Shown here in pieces: positions 51,619-64,000 of a stretch of DNA of 64,000 nucleotides. The notes beneath the pieces are model-generated. The model made no database searches. It was given only the letters and a program-made list of their open reading frames with translations, and was not told where the DNA came from. Origin of the DNA: Octopus sinensis (Eukaryota); contig NC_043008.1 of the NCBI RefSeq assembly GCF_006345805.1, forward strand, positions 37,820,001 through 37,884,000, read 5' to 3'. Each line of letters starts with the position of its first letter. The first letter of the stretch is position 1. A program made the translations under genes and the position numbers.

Positions 51619-52139
51619 AGCAATAATATCAGAAGGAGTATTTTTAATCTGTTTTCTCTTTCCTCATACTGGTATGTGTTGGATGGTTTTCTTGAGGTAG
51701 TGTTTTATAGTCAGAATGCTTCTCTTCTTACCAAGTTTTTTTTAGTTGCTTCTCACAACATACAGGAATGCTACATACTGATAAAAAAGACTGGGATTCA
51801 TGTGCATGCACACGCACACACGTGCACGTCTGCACGTGCATACTAAATCACTTAGTTATATATAACATGGAAAAATATATTTTTGTAGAGACAATTGTAA
51901 AATAATCTTCGTGTACTAACTTTAGCAGAGCACTCAAAGAAACAGGAAATATTCTTGTATCTGAGTATATGCCAATGATATGTAACTGAAAGTCTGTAAC
52001 TTAAAAGGATATTCTGTTATTACATTCACTGTAATACACACATACACACACACACATATACGCAAGCATGCACACACATACACATATGCGTGTGTTTGTA
52101 TGAACATATGTGTATGTTTATGTATGTATCTCTCTCTCT

Positions 52140-52200
52140 CTCCCTATCTATCTGTCTATCTATTTATTTATCTATCCATCCACCCATCTATCTATCTATC

Positions 52201-52245
<45 letters not shown>

Positions 52246-52290
52246 TTATCTATCTGTCTATCTGTCTATCTATCTATCTATCTATTTATC
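52140..52290. repeat. (TCTA)n microsatellite
   Basis: Directly visible. Confidence 0.95.
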
Positions 52291-52500
52291 GATTTATGTA
52301 CATGTCTGTTTGTCTGCCTCTCTCTCTCTCTCTCTCTTCAACCTTATGGTGAATAAAGAAATACTCTCTCTCTGTGTCTCTCTCTCTCTCTGTCTCTCTC
52401 TCTCTCTCACTGTGTTTGTGTGTATATATAACTTTCTAAGACATCTCAATGCTTCTAAAGCAAACATCGTTTGTTTGTTTACGTTCATAGTAATTTGAAC

Positions 52501-52592
<92 letters not shown>

Positions 52593-52964
52593 GTAAGCAA
52601 GGGAAGAGAGAGGGAAAGACTGACAGACAAACAAACGGAGAGAAAATGTTTATATAAAATTTAATATTTTAAAGTAAGTGTAATGATAACCACAGAATAT
52701 TTGTTGACAGTGTCACTCTATGCTGAGAAGAGTAGAGTCAAACTTATTGTAAAGATCTAATTGACTCGAACTTCAGTCATGTGACTTTGTCTATCTGCTT
52801 GTCTAAGGAGGAGACTTCATCAAGCAAAAGACTCTGCCTGAATGTTTGCTTGGATGGAACTCAGCTAAAGGCATTCAAGTAAAGGCGACTGTTAAATTAG
52901 GTGATAGCATTCAGAACACAAAGGGCCAGAACAAATACCACATGGTACCTCATCTTTGTTCGTG

Positions 52965-53390
52965 TCTCTTTTACTCTTTTTTTACCCTTTAACTTGTTTC
53001 AGTCATTTGACTGCGGCCATGCTGGAGCACTGCCTTTAGTTAAGCAAATTGACCCCAGGACTTATTCTTTGTAAGCCTAGTGTTTATTCTATCGGTCTCT
53101 TTTGCTGAACCGCTAAGTTACAGGGACATAAATACCCCAGAATTGGTTGTCAAGCGATGTTGGGGGACAAATACAGACACACAAACACACACACACACAT
53201 GTATATACATATACATATATACGATGGGCTTCTTTCAGTTTCTGCCTACCAAATCCACTCACAAAGCTTTGGTTGGCCCAAGCCTATAGTAGAAGACACT
53301 TGCCCGAGGTGCCATGCAGTGGGACTGAACCCAAAACCATTTGGTTAGTAAGCAAGCTACTTACCAGACAGCCACTCACACCTGTGCCTA
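52965..53390 (-). mobile_element. SINE family A, full length
   Basis: Reverse complement of the consensus. Confidence 0.9.
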
Positions 53391-54175
53391 TAAAAATGAT
53401 GAACAACCTTAATTGATTTTCGAACTTTATTGGGTTTCATCAGAGGCGATCACATCATTCTGAGAGTCTATTAACTTATTTATCAACTCTGAAACAAGGA
53501 AAGACAAAGTCAGTCTTGGTGGGATTTGAACAGGTGTCACAGAGATCTGTAAAGTATTTTGTCCTAAGCTCTACCAACTCCACCAATTCATTATCTAAAT
53601 TCATAAAGAATTCCAAGAGGGACGTGGAAATGAAATCAAATATGTTAGCAATCATACAAATGGTGGTGCTCCAGTATGGCTGCAGCTTCTTTCTGGAACA
53701 AAAGAATGGACATGTAATGATAAATGTAATGACCTTGAAAGATGATTTATTTTTACTTATTGTCTTTGATAGAACACTTAATCAGGCTGTGTGATTGATA
53801 ATAAACAATGATGTTTCTACTGAGATGTGATCCAAAATTTACATATTAATTTAGTTTACAACTATGTTTTTTCCAGTTACTCCAAATACATTCCATTTTA
53901 TGGTTTATTTACCGAGAGAAAGAAACACCTTCATCTTCTTTAGTAGGAACTGTGAGACATATGAAGACATGTAGCCATGTGATTTGAATGCTGGACACAT
54001 GTTGGAAAGGTTTTAACCATGACCTTACAGGTATGTGTCCAAGATTCCCAGATCAAGTGACAACACATTGTGTCCTGGAATAAAAAAGCAGTTTGTCTTA
54101 CGTTGCTTGAATCCACTCAGCTAAAAGTCAGTGTTCACAACAACTAGAGATTAATTCTTGCAATGGATTGGCATC

Positions 54176-54304
54176 ACTTTCTAGTGGCAGTGTTACACTC
54201 TCCATAACTTACATGGGACAAGTTCCAGCCAAATGGAAACTTTCTGGTGGCAGTGTTACACTCTCCATAACTTACATGGGACAAGTTCCAGCCGAATGGA
54301 AACT
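54176..54304. repeat. Tandem duplication, 63-bp period
   Basis: Two copies differing at 2 positions. Confidence 0.9.
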
Positions 54305-54426
54305 GAAATAAGTCCAAGCCCAATGAGATAGTAAGCTTGTCACAAACTAAAGGCCTAAAACTGGGACTGTTTGATAAAAAAAAGGAGGAATAAAATACAA
54401 ACTTATGGATCACCACAGTAGGGATT

Positions 54427-54730
54427 GGTGGAGGCATATGGCCTAGTGGTTAGAGCAGCGGACTCGTGGTCGAGGGATCATGGGTTCGAATCTCAGACTG
54501 GGTGATGTGTGTGTTTATGAGCGAAACACCTATGCTCCACATGGCTCCAGATGAAGATAATGGCGAACTTCTGCTGAGTCTTTCACCACAACTTTGTCTC
54601 ACTCTTTCCTCCTGCACCTTGCAGCTCGCCTGCGATGGCCTGGCGTCCCATCCAGGTGAGGAACCTATACACCAAGGAAACCGGGAAACCAGCCCTTATG
54701 AGCCAAGCATGGCTCGAGAAGGAACAAACA
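54427..54730 (+). mobile_element. SINE family C, full length
   Basis: tRNA-like head GTGGAGGCATATGGCCTAGTGGTTAGAGCAGCGGACTC..GGTTCGAATCTC; short TSD TAGGGATT. Confidence 0.9.
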
Positions 54731-55969
54731 GCATTAGGGATTATTTCATCAAGAAATCATGTTATCTTCAGATCGAAGACTTGGTCTGAATGCCTACAAA
54801 CGAAGCCGACCCTATTAAAGGTATTCATTTGCCTGGTGATGATTAATTGTTTCAACTGCCATCACTTCTGCACAAACTCATTCAGGCTTCTGATGTACTG
54901 CTTTTATTCATTTAGAAAATACCCAACCAAATATCAATTTATTGATTGATTTTTCACCCTTTTCTCTATCAAGAGTCCCAATATAAAACCTAATGAGCAT
55001 CATACCATTATTGTATGGGATTGTCACCAATGGTTACAATGTAACATTTACCAAAGCCTCCATTGTCACTATCTCATTAATACTGACATTATATAAACGT
55101 CTACTGTTCTTTTTCTGCTGGTGTTACCTTTGAATAACTAAAATCCCACCAATGGACTTTACTTTTTCCCTTCACCTTCCTTTCCAAGTTCAACTTGTAG
55201 AATTTGATGAGGAATTGGTCAAAGAGGAAAGTTTATTCAATTTTATTATCTGCTCTGTCTCATTCACCATAAACTCTAAACAGAGAAAATTGCCTGTTCT
55301 TCTTGGCCAGTAGATAGCAACGGGGCAGTCTGCATGGAGTAAGAGTTTTATGCTAGCAGTTTTTAGAACTGAACTTCTCTCCTTAGCTTATGATCCTAAA
55401 ACTTTGTCAAGCTTTCACTATTTATACATCAAAATACATTAGGAATTTTAAAGGGGTTAGCACTGTGTTTGCAAAGCATATTTTATTGCCAAACATCATT
55501 GCTATGTTAAATGTAGCTGAAAACCATGAGCGAACATACTTCATATAGATTCTTTACTTAGATTTTAAAATCTCTCAAAGGAACAGAAATGTCTACCAAT
55601 GCTCAGTTCTTTTAAAACTATTGGTGTCTAGATATTCTTGAACTTTTCTCTGCCTGTCAAACTCAGGCATTTAACTAGCAATTCATAATACACTTCGTTG
55701 ATGTCTCCAATGAAACATGATCATAAAAACTCGGGCATTTTACCAATGAAATAACTTCGATGCTTAGTTTTCTCCCCAATATCTTACAAGAAGATCTGAG
55801 CTGAAATAATAATGATAGAAAAGCTAATTGCTTTTCCAACCCCTGTCAAACTTATAGCTACATTTCTTCAAAGTAGTCCCAAATGTGTGTTTTTTTTCTT
55901 CATAGATAATTTCTTATAGAAAGTTAGAAGAAATTTCTTGAGTGTGTGTATGTGTGTGAGAATATAGAT

Positions 55970-56024
<55 letters not shown>

Positions 56025-57351
56025 TGTACATATATATATATGTACATATTTATATATCTATATGTATATATATGTGTGTATGTGTGTGCATGCATATATA
56101 CACATATCTACTTATATACATATGCATATATACACATATATATATTTATATGTGCATACACGTACACACAGACACAGACACACACATCTGCATACACATA
56201 TCGGCAATATCATTATAACATTCTGTAATAAGGAAAGTGTTGAGAAAATTGGAAATATTCAGAAGGGGCTAATAGAAAATATTTTTCATAGCCACATGAA
56301 ATTTCTACTAAGGTGGGTAAAGTATTAGCCAATTAGATTTAGTAAGTAAAAAAAAAACAAAAACAAAATATGAATTACTTTAATGTTGATGTCGATGATA
56401 ATCACAAGAACAACAGCAATAACAAGCATAAAAATAATGGTAATGTTGATGATGATGGTGATGATGATGGTGTGGTTCTGACGTGGTCATGGTGATGATA
56501 ACGACGATGGAAATGATATTGATGATGCTAAAAACTAGCTATTAGCCAAATTGTTGGAACCATTAAAAAATTTGGAAAGAAACTGTTACAATTACCTATT
56601 TTATTTCACTGGTTTCTATTTTCTCTCTTTCTCTCTTGCTTTCTTCTTGTCTCTCTCTCTGTCTCTGTTTCTGTTACTATCTCTTTCTTTCTCTCCCTCA
56701 GTTTCTCCAGAAAACTGTGGCATCACCAAATAGATTAAAATGTAGCCAAATTGCAGTAATTTGATATTAATTATGTAACTTGTGTACGAAAATAGTCTCT
56801 CTTATAACTTTTATTATATTTATTTTGAAATATCAGTGTTATTGATGAAAATGTTTATTACAGTTTTGAAATATTTTCAGGATTTTTTTTTTGTTTATAT
56901 AAATATCTAAGACGAGTCATTGGACTCTTCTGAGAAACTGGAATGCAACCTGTTACTTGTATAACTTAAAAGTACCAGCTCAGAACTGTTGGGCCACGTT
57001 GCTTGATTTTCCAGGTTAAACCCTGCTTGCTGTATCTTCTTCACTGAAGATCCAGCTGGGTAATGGCCCTTGACTGGTCAACCATATTCCAAAGAGTCAC
57101 AGCAGATGAGGAGGTATCTTGCAAAGATGGGGGTCTGATAATGGTTGCTTGGGAGGACCTGGAAATATATTAATGAATGGTCAATGTAGGAATACAATGC
57201 AATGGGATATGCCCCCCCACCTGAACATGGACCTTTAAAAAATATCTTACTGTGACATTAAAGTGCTAGATTAGTCAAAACAGAGATACAATCCTACCTT
57301 TTTATTTATTATTCTGAATAAGGTACGTAATTCTTGTATCATCATTATATG

Positions 57352-57518
57352 CATAAGGTGCTGGAGTGGCTGTGTGGTAAGTAGCTTGATTACCAACTAC
57401 ATGGTTCCGGGTTCAGTCTCACTGCGTGGCATCTTGGGCAAGTGTCTTCTGCTATAGCCTCAGGCCGACCAAAGCCCTGTGAGTGAATTTGGTAGATGGA
57501 AACTGAAAAGCACCCGTC

Positions 57519-57552
<34 letters not shown>

Positions 57553-57770
57553 ATGTTTGTGTGTCTGCGTTTGCCCCCCTCCCCAACATCACTTGACAAC
57601 TGATGCTGGTGTGTTTACGTCCCCGTCACTTAGCGGTTCGGCAAGAGGGACCGATGGAATAAGTACTAGGCTTACAAAGAATAAGTCCTGGGGACGATTT
57701 GCTCGACTAAAGGCGGTGCTTCAGCATGGCCGCAATCAAATGACTGAAACAAATAAAAGAATAAATGACT
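57352..57770 (+). mobile_element. SINE family A, full length
   Basis: Head to tail match with the consensus. Confidence 0.9.
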
Positions 57771-58093
57771 TGATTGATGAAACAAATTTCATTTCTTCTT
57801 CATTCCTGAGGGAGTTACAAATAAGATTGGCATCATCCAAATATAAAATGCGATGCTAAAAACATTGGAAAATTCAAAATCATGCAAATATTTTTTTTAA
57901 ATAAATGCCAAACATTAGAACTATGAGCCCATTCAATACCAAATTGAATGAGGTTGACTCTGGCTTTATGATACATAACAGTCTATTTGAAAGGGCTCAC
58001 ATTACATAAATTCTTTCTGTCATGATAGAGTGGTATAGTCTGCAGAATTTGACCCCGACAGAATGGACATGTGATTTTACTACCTCTGTATCC

Positions 58094-58134
<41 letters not shown>

Positions 58135-58407
58135 CACACACACACACACACACTTTCTTTCTCTTTCTCTAGTTCTTTAAAGCCTTTCTAAAGGCGCCTT
58201 TAGCTCGAAATATCAGGACTAATTAAATATTTCTTTGATGACATTTCAATATCTTTGTTAATATCATTATGTATATTTGATATTCTAGCTACATTGCTAT
58301 CACCTTTAACACACAGATTTTCTACATTCTGTCATGATTCTATGCAAATGTATTTTGTTAAGTTATATTCCAAATGCCAACTTAATAATAACAACAATTA
58401 TAAAAAC

Positions 58408-58459
<52 letters not shown>

Positions 58460-58475
58460 TTAATAATAGTAATAA

Positions 58476-60065
58476 TGATATTTGTCTTATGTTTGAGCCC
58501 ACTCAGTTTGGTGTTAAGGGAGGCTAAGGCAGGATATCTGTTCAGAAATAGTAATGGAAAAATTCACCATTTGCTCTTCATGAACGATCTGAAGTTTTAT
58601 AAGAATGAAAAAGTGATAGATTCCTTAATACAGACTGTAAGATTCTTCAGCAAAATACAGGTATGGAATTTGGCATAGATAAGTGTGTAATATTAGTCAT
58701 GAGAGGGAGACAGGTAGTCAACAGCGAAGGCATCCAGTTACTAGATGGACAGGCATTAAAATCATTAAAAGAAGGAGAGAGTTATTAGCATCTAGGAGTA
58801 TTAGAATTTGACAGGTTACTAACTGCAGAAATGAAAACGAAAATTGAGGAGTACATCAGAAGGGTGAGGAAGCAAATGAAGTCAAAGCTAAGTCATTTGA
58901 ATTTAGTGAAGGCTGTTAATACTTGGGCAGTATCATTACTTAGATACTCAACAGCTTTTGTAGATTGAACAAAAACTAAATTAGCAAAGCTAGACATAGG
59001 AATTAGGAAGGCATTCAATATAAATGTAAGACTCCACCCAAGGGCAGGAGTAGCAAGATTATACTTACCTAGAAAGGAAGACAGAAAAGGGTTAAAATCA
59101 GTAGAAGGCTGCATGGAGTTAGGTTAGCTAGAGTAGATATAGACTCCTATGCAGGTAATAGAAAGTTTACTAAAAGCTACTAGAGTCACCGCAAGATGTA
59201 GAGAATCCAAAACCACAAATAAAGTTAAAAGCCAGAAAAAAGAACAGAAGTTATCTGACTGGCCGGAGAAGGCGTTGCATAGTAGATTCACGAAAATAAT
59301 TGCAGCAAATAGTAGTAATGAGACATGGTTATGGTTGCAGACAGAAAAACTGAAAAGGGAGACAGAAAGTTTGCTAGTAGCTGCGCAAGATCAAGCATTA
59401 AGGACTAATTGAATAAAAGCCAATATAGACAAAACTAAGTAGATTCCCAATGTAGGTTATGCAAATCAAAAGAGGAAAGTGTTATTCATATAGTAAGTGA
59501 ACCTAGCATGCTGGCACAGAAAGAATGCAAGAAAAGACAGGACAACCTCAGGAGAGTGATCTACTGGGAGTTATGCAGAACGCTAGGATTTGAACAAACT
59601 GATAAATGGTATGAACATGAATCTAGTAAAGTACTATAAAGTAAGAAATATAAAATGTGGGACTTCAACATTGAAACTGACAGAGTTATAGAAGCCAGAA
59701 AGACTGATTTAGTAGTAGAAAGAGAATAGAAAGTGCCAGATAATTGACTTTACAGTCCCAAATGATGAAAAAATTAACATGAGAGGTATAGAAAAGTATC
59801 AGAACCTAGCCATTGAATTACGGAGACTATGGGAAGTGTGGGTAAAAGGTATACCAGTAATTATAAGTGCAGTGGGAAATATACCTAAAAATCTGATGAT
59901 GGATAGAGGAAATGGGCATAAAACCCAGTTTAGTACAGCTCCAGAATATAGTGTTATTAGGGACAGCTAGGATACTTAGAAGGGTTCTTGGTATCCAAGC
60001 TTACTTGTTGTAGCCCGATGTTAGGATTTTCTCTTTTCCAGCTGTCTAATCTGTTCTGTGTATAT
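58476..60065 (+). mobile_element. Degenerate 5'-truncated R4/Dong-type RLE retrotransposon
   Basis: HHLLFMNDLK, GMEFGIDKC, ETESLLVAAQDQALRTN, CRLC..EESVIHIVSE, WDFNIETD...ARKTD, EKYQNLAIELRRLW; (AAT)n at both ends. Confidence 0.88.
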
Positions 60066-60105
60066 GAAAATAATAATAATAATGATAATGATGATTAAGA
60101 TGATG

Positions 60106-60161
<56 letters not shown>

Positions 60162-60174
60162 GGTGGTGGTGGTG

Positions 60175-60310
60175 GAGGTGGTTTCAAATTTTGCCACCAG
60201 GGCAGCCTTTTTTGGAGAGAGGAGTGTTGATTATATCAACTGCTTCTTATTTTATTGACCCTGAAAGGATGAAAGGTACAGTCAACCTTGGTGGAATTTG
60301 AACTCAGAAT
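60175..60310 (-). mobile_element. SINE family B, partial
   Basis: GAAAGGATGAAAGGTACAGTCAACCTTGGTGGAATTTGAACTCAG. Confidence 0.7.
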
Positions 60311-60311
60311 A

Positions 60312-60342
<31 letters not shown>

Positions 60343-60410
60343 TAATATAATAATAATAATGATAATGATAATGATGAAGATGGTGATGATGATGATGATA
60401 ATAATAATAA

Positions 60411-60869
60411 TTACAGGATTTTATGAAATTTATCAATAAGGGCTGACCATACTATTCAAGCAAGGAGACTAGGACATGATGGCAGAAGATGAGGAAAAAC
60501 AAACCGAAAAGAAACAAGGAATGTAAAATAATAGAGTTTGGAATACCATCTGACAGTTGAGTGGATGTAAAAGAAATTGGGGAAATTGAGAAATAACATG
60601 AGAACTTGTCAGAGATATGAAGAGATTATGGAAGATTAAGATGACAATTATTTCTGTGGTAATTGACGCACTGAGCATAGGACCCAATTTGCTATCCATG
60701 AAGCTGAAGAATATTGTAATTGAGACAGTGTGTCAACCTGCAGAAAAGTGCAATCCTGGATTTTGCAAAATATCTTTAGAACAATTCTTAAGATTTAAAG
60801 AGACTTGTTGTCATCAAACCTCCCTGCTAATTAGCATGTGATAGGTTTTATTGAATGATAATAATAATA

Positions 60870-60918
<49 letters not shown>

Positions 60919-61400
60919 GAAGATGGTGATGATGATGATGATAATAATAATAATTACAGGATTTTATGAAATTTATCAATAAGGGCTGACCATACTATTC
61001 AAGCAAGGAGACTAGGACATGATGGCAGAAGATGAGGAAAAACAAACCGAAAAGAAACAAGGAATGTAAAATAATAGAGTTTGGAATACCATCTGACAGT
61101 TGAGTGGATGTAAAAGAAATTGGGGAAATTGAGAAATAACATGAGAACTTGTCAGAGATATGAAGAGATTATGGAAGATTAAGATGACAATTATTTCTGT
61201 GGTAATTGACGCACTGAGCATAGGACCCAATTTGCTATCCATGAAGCTGAAGAATATTGTAATTGAGACAGTGTGTCAACCTGCAGAAAAGTGCAATCCT
61301 GGATTTTGCAAAATATCTTTAGAACAATTCTTAAGATTTAAAGAGACTTGTTGTCATCAAACCTCCCCGCTAATTAGCATGTGATAGGTTTTATTGAATG
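60411..61400 (+). repeat. 543-bp-period tandem duplication of a decayed RLE-LINE 3' fragment
   Basis: Cores 60411-60857 and 60954-61400; remnant motifs DHTIQARR, RDMKRLWKIK, LQKSAILG across frameshifts. Confidence 0.9.
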
Positions 61401-61434
<34 letters not shown>

Positions 61435-61454
61435 TAATAATAATAATAATAACA

Positions 61455-61890
61455 AGGGCAAGAAGGAGGAGAAGGAGGAGAAGGAAAAGAAGGAGGAGGA
61501 GGGGAGGGGGAGTAGGCATAGGTGAAGTAGGAGGAGGAGTAGATGTAGCGGTAGGAGGAGGAGGGGGGAGGAGAGGAGGAGGGGAGGAGGGGAGGAGGCG
61601 GAGAGGAGGAGGCAGGGGAGGAGGAGGCAGAGGAGGAGGCAGAGGAGGAGGAGGCAGAGGAGGAGGCAGAGGAGGAGGCAGAGGAGGAGGAGGCAGAGGA
61701 GGAGGAGGAGGAGGAGGAAAAGAAGGAGTAGGCATAGGAGGAGGCATAGGAGGAGTAGGCGTAGGAGGAGGAGGAGGACAAGGAGGAGGAGGCATAGGAG
61801 GAGTAGGCGTAGGAGGAGGAGGAGGAGGAGGAGGAGAAGAAGAAGAAAAAGAAGAAGAAGAGCAGCAGCAGCAGCAGCAACAACAACAAC
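61455..61890. repeat. (GGA)n-derived polypurine low-complexity tract ending in (GAA)(GCA)(ACA) runs
   Basis: Directly visible. Confidence 0.95.
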
Positions 61891-61899
61891 AACACATCT

Positions 61900-62050
61900 C
61901 AAAATGAAATGGATAAACTATTGCTATACAAAAATCTGGAAATAGAATGGAACCTCACAACAGAACCAATTCTAATAAGAGGTGCTTTAGGTAAGATGAA
62001 AACATGCAGGGAAATACACCAAACCATCCGGAATTGTGAATATACATAAC
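61900..62050 (+). mobile_element. Small decayed RLE-LINE 3' remnant
   Basis: Translation QNEMDKLLLYKNLEIEWNLTTEPILIRGALG resembles the KYKDL.IE..W...PVIVGALG segment of the 26-28 kb element. Confidence 0.55.
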
Positions 62051-62139
62051 AAAGAAAGAAACCTATCATATATGCATGTGTGTGTGTCTGCATGAGTGTG
62101 TTTCTGTGTGTGTGTGAGTGTGTGTGTAGCTGTGTTTAC

Positions 62140-62370
62140 ATGTCCTTGTCTTAATATCACATGACAGTCGTAAACAAGTCTCACTGTCATACAAACACTG
62201 CCAAACATTTCCAGTCTTCCATGGAAACCTGTCCTTCCAAAGGGAAACATTACTTTTCTTGGAAACAGGTGAGAATTGGCAAAAGGAATTACAGCCAGCC
62301 ATAGAACATCTGCTCCCTTAAATTCCTGCTGACCCCTGCAGACATTGAAAAGTGGATGTTAAAAGGGTGA
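62140..62370 (+). mobile_element. RTE-tail SINE-like repeat
   Basis: CTTGGAAACAGGTGAG..TTGGCAA..GG....CAGCC, tail AAAGTGGATGTTAAAA..GTGATGAG. Confidence 0.55.
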
Positions 62371-62639
62371 TGAGGACTATCAGCTTTAAATCTCAATCAA
62401 AATGTGTGGCTTTAATCAAAACATGTTACATAAATCAATTCATGTTCTTCCTTCTTTCTTTATGTCATAAGGTCAAAGAAATGATTTTGTGAGGATTTCT
62501 TTGGCAAGAGCTATCTGCCTGCCATGGAATCTTCTTGGAAGAATACAAAAATGTTTTGGGGTTTTTTTTTCTGTTCCCTTCGTTAAAGTATCTTTTTTAC
62601 AAGACATTGTATAGTCAACAGAACTGGCAAAATCAAGAT

Positions 62640-63150
62640 CTTCATCTTCATCATTATCATCATTATCATAATCATCATCATCTTCATCATTATCATCATT
62701 ATCATCATCATCTTCACCATTATCATCATTATCATCATTATCATCATCTTCATCACTATTATCATTAACATCATTATCATCATTATCATCATCGTTATCA
62801 TCATCTTCATCATTATCCTCATCTTCATTATTATCATCATTATCATCATCATCCTCATCATTATCATCATCAACATCATTATCATTATTATCATCATCAT
62901 TATCATCATCTTCATCATTATCATCATCATCTTCATTATTATCATTATTATCATCATCATCCTCATCATTATCATCATTAACATCATTATCATCATTGTT
63001 ATCATCGTCTTCATCATTATCATCCGTAACATCATTATCATCATCATCATCATCGTCAGCATCACTGTTGTTGTTATCATTGTCATCATTGTTGGTGTCA
63101 TCATCATCATCATCATCATCATCATTGCTGTCATCATTATCCTCCTCATC
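62640..63150. repeat. Cryptic (CAT/TAT/CTT)n trinucleotide minisatellite
   Basis: Directly visible. Confidence 0.95.
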
Positions 63151-64000
63151 CTCCTCACCGTTGCCGACTTTGTCATTACTGTTGTTGTCTTTTCTTGATG
63201 CACCCTCTTCTCTCCAATGATCTCCCCCATCTCTCAGGTCAGGTAAATATTGACCACAATTTCAATAAATAATAAACACAGGTGAAACTAAGAGCAGAGC
63301 TTTTCCATTGCTTACTTAGATTTTAAATACTTCAAAAGAACAGCAATATCTAATAAAGCTTGGTTCTTGTAAAACTTTTGCTAGCAATAATCCAATGAAT
63401 TATGTTCATCAAACCAGAAACGAAAAAGGAAAATTTCAGTATAGTTGATGTAGGTAGCTTAAAGGAGTTCTGTTAGTTTACAGAATTACTTTTAAATATG
63501 TGACTGCTAAAGGAAGTATAGACGATATGACCTCATTATGGGACTGATCAGTGACGAATTCAGGAACAATATTTGTTAATAAGAATCCTAAAATTTGACC
63601 TCTGGGTGAAAAATGAGGATTAAGATTCAGTACGTATTTGAGTGTTTCATTCAGAGTCAGAAACAATATTGATTAATAAGGGTTCTGGAAAATGACATGT
63701 TGGTGCAAAATGCTAACTTAATTTCATACAAATATGAAGTACAATGCAAAGCTGTATTCCCCTTATTTCTAAGTTCATTTTTACTATGATCCATTCATAA
63801 TTTGTTATTAAAAATGGAAATATACTTAAACTTATTCATTAGCTTTATTTGAAATTTTTACTGAACCACACAACTTTACTCCTTCAAGCAAAAAAGTCCA
63901 CAAATACACACACACTTTAGGTTTCCAGTATATTTCAGATAATAAAATCTGAATACTTTATATAGTGACATGTCAGGATGTTCTTGAGTGCTACCACTTG

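Overview
Eukaryotic, AT-rich, non-coding DNA full of microsatellites [(TA)n, (CA)n, (TAA)n, (CAT)n, (ATAC)n, (TCTA)n] and transposon debris. The SINE families and microsatellite load match what I recall of octopus/coleoid cephalopod genomes (inference, not a database match). I can support no intact host gene; only a few splice-site-bounded minus-strand exon candidates exist, so this may be a large intron. Recognisable elements: about 25 tRNA-derived SINE copies in four families plus RTE-tail repeats, a Helitron helicase pseudogene, RTE-clade LINE fragments, several R4/Dong-type restriction-endonuclease LINEs flanked by (TAA)n, a Penelope-like RT remnant, mariner/Tc1/hAT relics and several MITE-like hairpins. 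Most ORF-track entries are translations of microsatellites or SINEs. The most interesting signal is two independent head-to-head fold-back insertions (22.2-22.8 kb and 50.4-51.2 kb) of non-coding elements. Each combines a tRNA-like Pol III head with a minimal type-I hammerhead-ribozyme-like motif (CTGA[T/A]GA-stem-GAAA[C/T]GTT) of the kind known from Penelope-like elements. A third spacer-less palindrome (44.9-45.1 kb) has a similar architecture. Together these suggest a ribozyme-bearing, Penelope-mobilised SINE/retrozyme-like system.
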